DNA from: an uncultured Eubacteriales bacterium
Lineage (GTDB): Bacteria; Bacillota; Clostridia; Oscillospirales; CAG-272
Reading direction: 5' to 3'
DNA: 64,000 nt
NCBI GenBank assembly: GCA_949299535.1
Contig: CASGAQ010000004.1
Span: 21,468 to 85,467, forward strand
In this document: piece by piece, positions 63,348 through 64,000 of the stretch
How positions within the stretch are numbered: position 1 is the stretch's first letter
How the letters are laid out: every line of letters starts with the position of its first letter
Program-made: the position numbers and the translations under genes
The notes under the pieces: model-generated
Told to the model about the DNA's origin: nothing
The model's database searches: none
Seen by the model: the letters and a program-made list of their open reading frames with translations, nothing else

Positions 63348-64000
63348 TCAGACCGCGAATTGGCTCATATAGATTTTATGATAAAAACCTTCTTTTTTGA
63401 GCAATTCTTCGTGTTTGCCGCTTTCGACTATCTTTCCTTCGTTCATTACAAGGATATTATCCGCACTTTGTATCGTCGAAAGCCTGTGTGCGACGATGAA
63501 ACTCGTTTTTCCTTCCATCATCTCGTTCATTGCGGAGCTTATTTTCATCTCCGTGCGTGTATCGATGGACGAGGTAGCTTCATCGAGAATGAGTATTTTT
63601 GGATTTTGCAGTATGACGCGGGCTATACAAATGAGCTGCGCCTGCCCCTGTGAAACGGAAGCTCCGCCGGGACCGATTACTGTGTCGTATCCGTGTGAGA
63701 GTTTGCGGATAAAGTCGTCGGCGCGTGCTTTTTTTGCCGCAGCTGTTATTTCCTCGTCTGTGGCGTCGCTTTTGCCAAGCGCGATATTTTCGCGCACCGT
63801 ACCTGTACGAAGCCATGTGTCTTGGAGAACCATTCCGTAATTTGAACGGAGGCTTCTTCTCGTCACTTCCGCTATGTTGGCGCCGTCTATCTTCAGCTCG
63901 CCTCCCGTGACATCATAGAAACGTATAAGCAGATTTATAAGCGTGGATTTTCCCGCGCCCGTCGGTCCCACTATCGCAATATGCTCGCCTTCGCGCACAT
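63348..64000 (-). CDS. ABC exporter (fused permease/ATPase type), C-terminal nucleotide-binding domain; 5' part lies outside the window
   Basis: The frame is open to the window edge. Walker A GPTGAGKST, signature-like VSQGQ, Walker B ILILDEATSS and an H-loop AHRLST. Confidence 0.85.
   Translation of the reverse strand, partial: VREGEHIAIVGPTGAGKSTLINLLIRFYDVTGGELKIDGANIAEVTRRSLRSNYGMVLQDTWLRTGTVRENIALGKSDATDEEITAAAKKARADDFIRKLSHGYDTVIGPGGASVSQGQAQLICIARVILQNPKILILDEATSSIDTRTEMKISSAMNEMMEGKTSFIVAHRLSTIQSADNILVMNEGKIVESGKHEELLKKEGFYHKIYMSQFAV

Noticed and set aside
63348-64000. The degenerate ABC signature motif (VSQGQ instead of LSGGQ) in the partial exporter, considered as something unusual.
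   Set aside because: SQGQ-type signatures are common in Firmicutes half- and full-size multidrug-type exporters. The gene is also truncated by the window, so no further inference is possible.

Overview
The window is a 64-kb chromosomal segment that looks like a strictly anaerobic Firmicutes/Clostridia genome, probably an Oscillospiraceae or Ruminococcaceae-type gut organism. That placement is inferred from gene content (rubredoxin, FeoAB, a NifX-like protein, many glycoside hydrolases), strong GGAGG-type ribosome-binding sites and sigma-A promoters. Coding density is high and most of the content is housekeeping or glycan utilisation.

Gene content in order:
- 1-8.1 kb: a sugar ABC-permease operon that also carries two large extracytoplasmic proteins of unknown function.
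- 8.6-10.5 kb: an Ig-repeat surface protein.
- 10.6-17.4 kb: rpiB-tsaB-tsaE, a cysteine desulfurase, a sigma factor and feoAB.
- 17.5-20.5 kb: tRNA-Gln followed by an AT-rich, repeat-laden, partly decayed islet.
- 20.5-24.3 kb: a redox/metal cluster (rhodanese, rubredoxin, ZupT, Crp/Fnr, DUF134, NifX-like, ferritin).
- 25.0-31.3 kb: a complete F-type ATP synthase operon with an unusual c subunit and a delta-C-terminal-domain::alpha fusion.
- 32.5-39.8 kb: a GH38 mannosidase, an SDR and a 1011-aa glycosidase-like gene.
- 39.9-46.1 kb: a five-gene polyamine operon behind a roughly 400-nt leader that ends in an intrinsic terminator.
- 46.3-50.7 kb: rlmB and a 973-aa protein that resembles a P-type ATPase with degenerate catalytic motifs.
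- 50.7-52.1 kb: a mobile-element scar (TnpV-like pseudogene, truncated sigma factor).
- 52.1-64 kb: DUF2156, GrpB, MarR, a YhcH / GH94-like phosphorylase / esterase cluster, two G3E metallochaperone GTPases, a cyclophilin, an M6-like protease and a partial ABC exporter.

I saw no CRISPR array, rRNA gene, intact transposase or integrase.

The most interesting candidates are:
- the leader/attenuator in front of the polyamine operon;
- the ATP synthase delta-CTD::alpha fusion together with the signal-peptide-bearing c subunit;
- the pseudo-P-type ATPase with a ~400-aa acidic tail;
- the NHL-Yip1 / giant secreted protein module inside the ABC operon.

All family assignments come from reading motifs by eye and from memory of those families. 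No database search was run.
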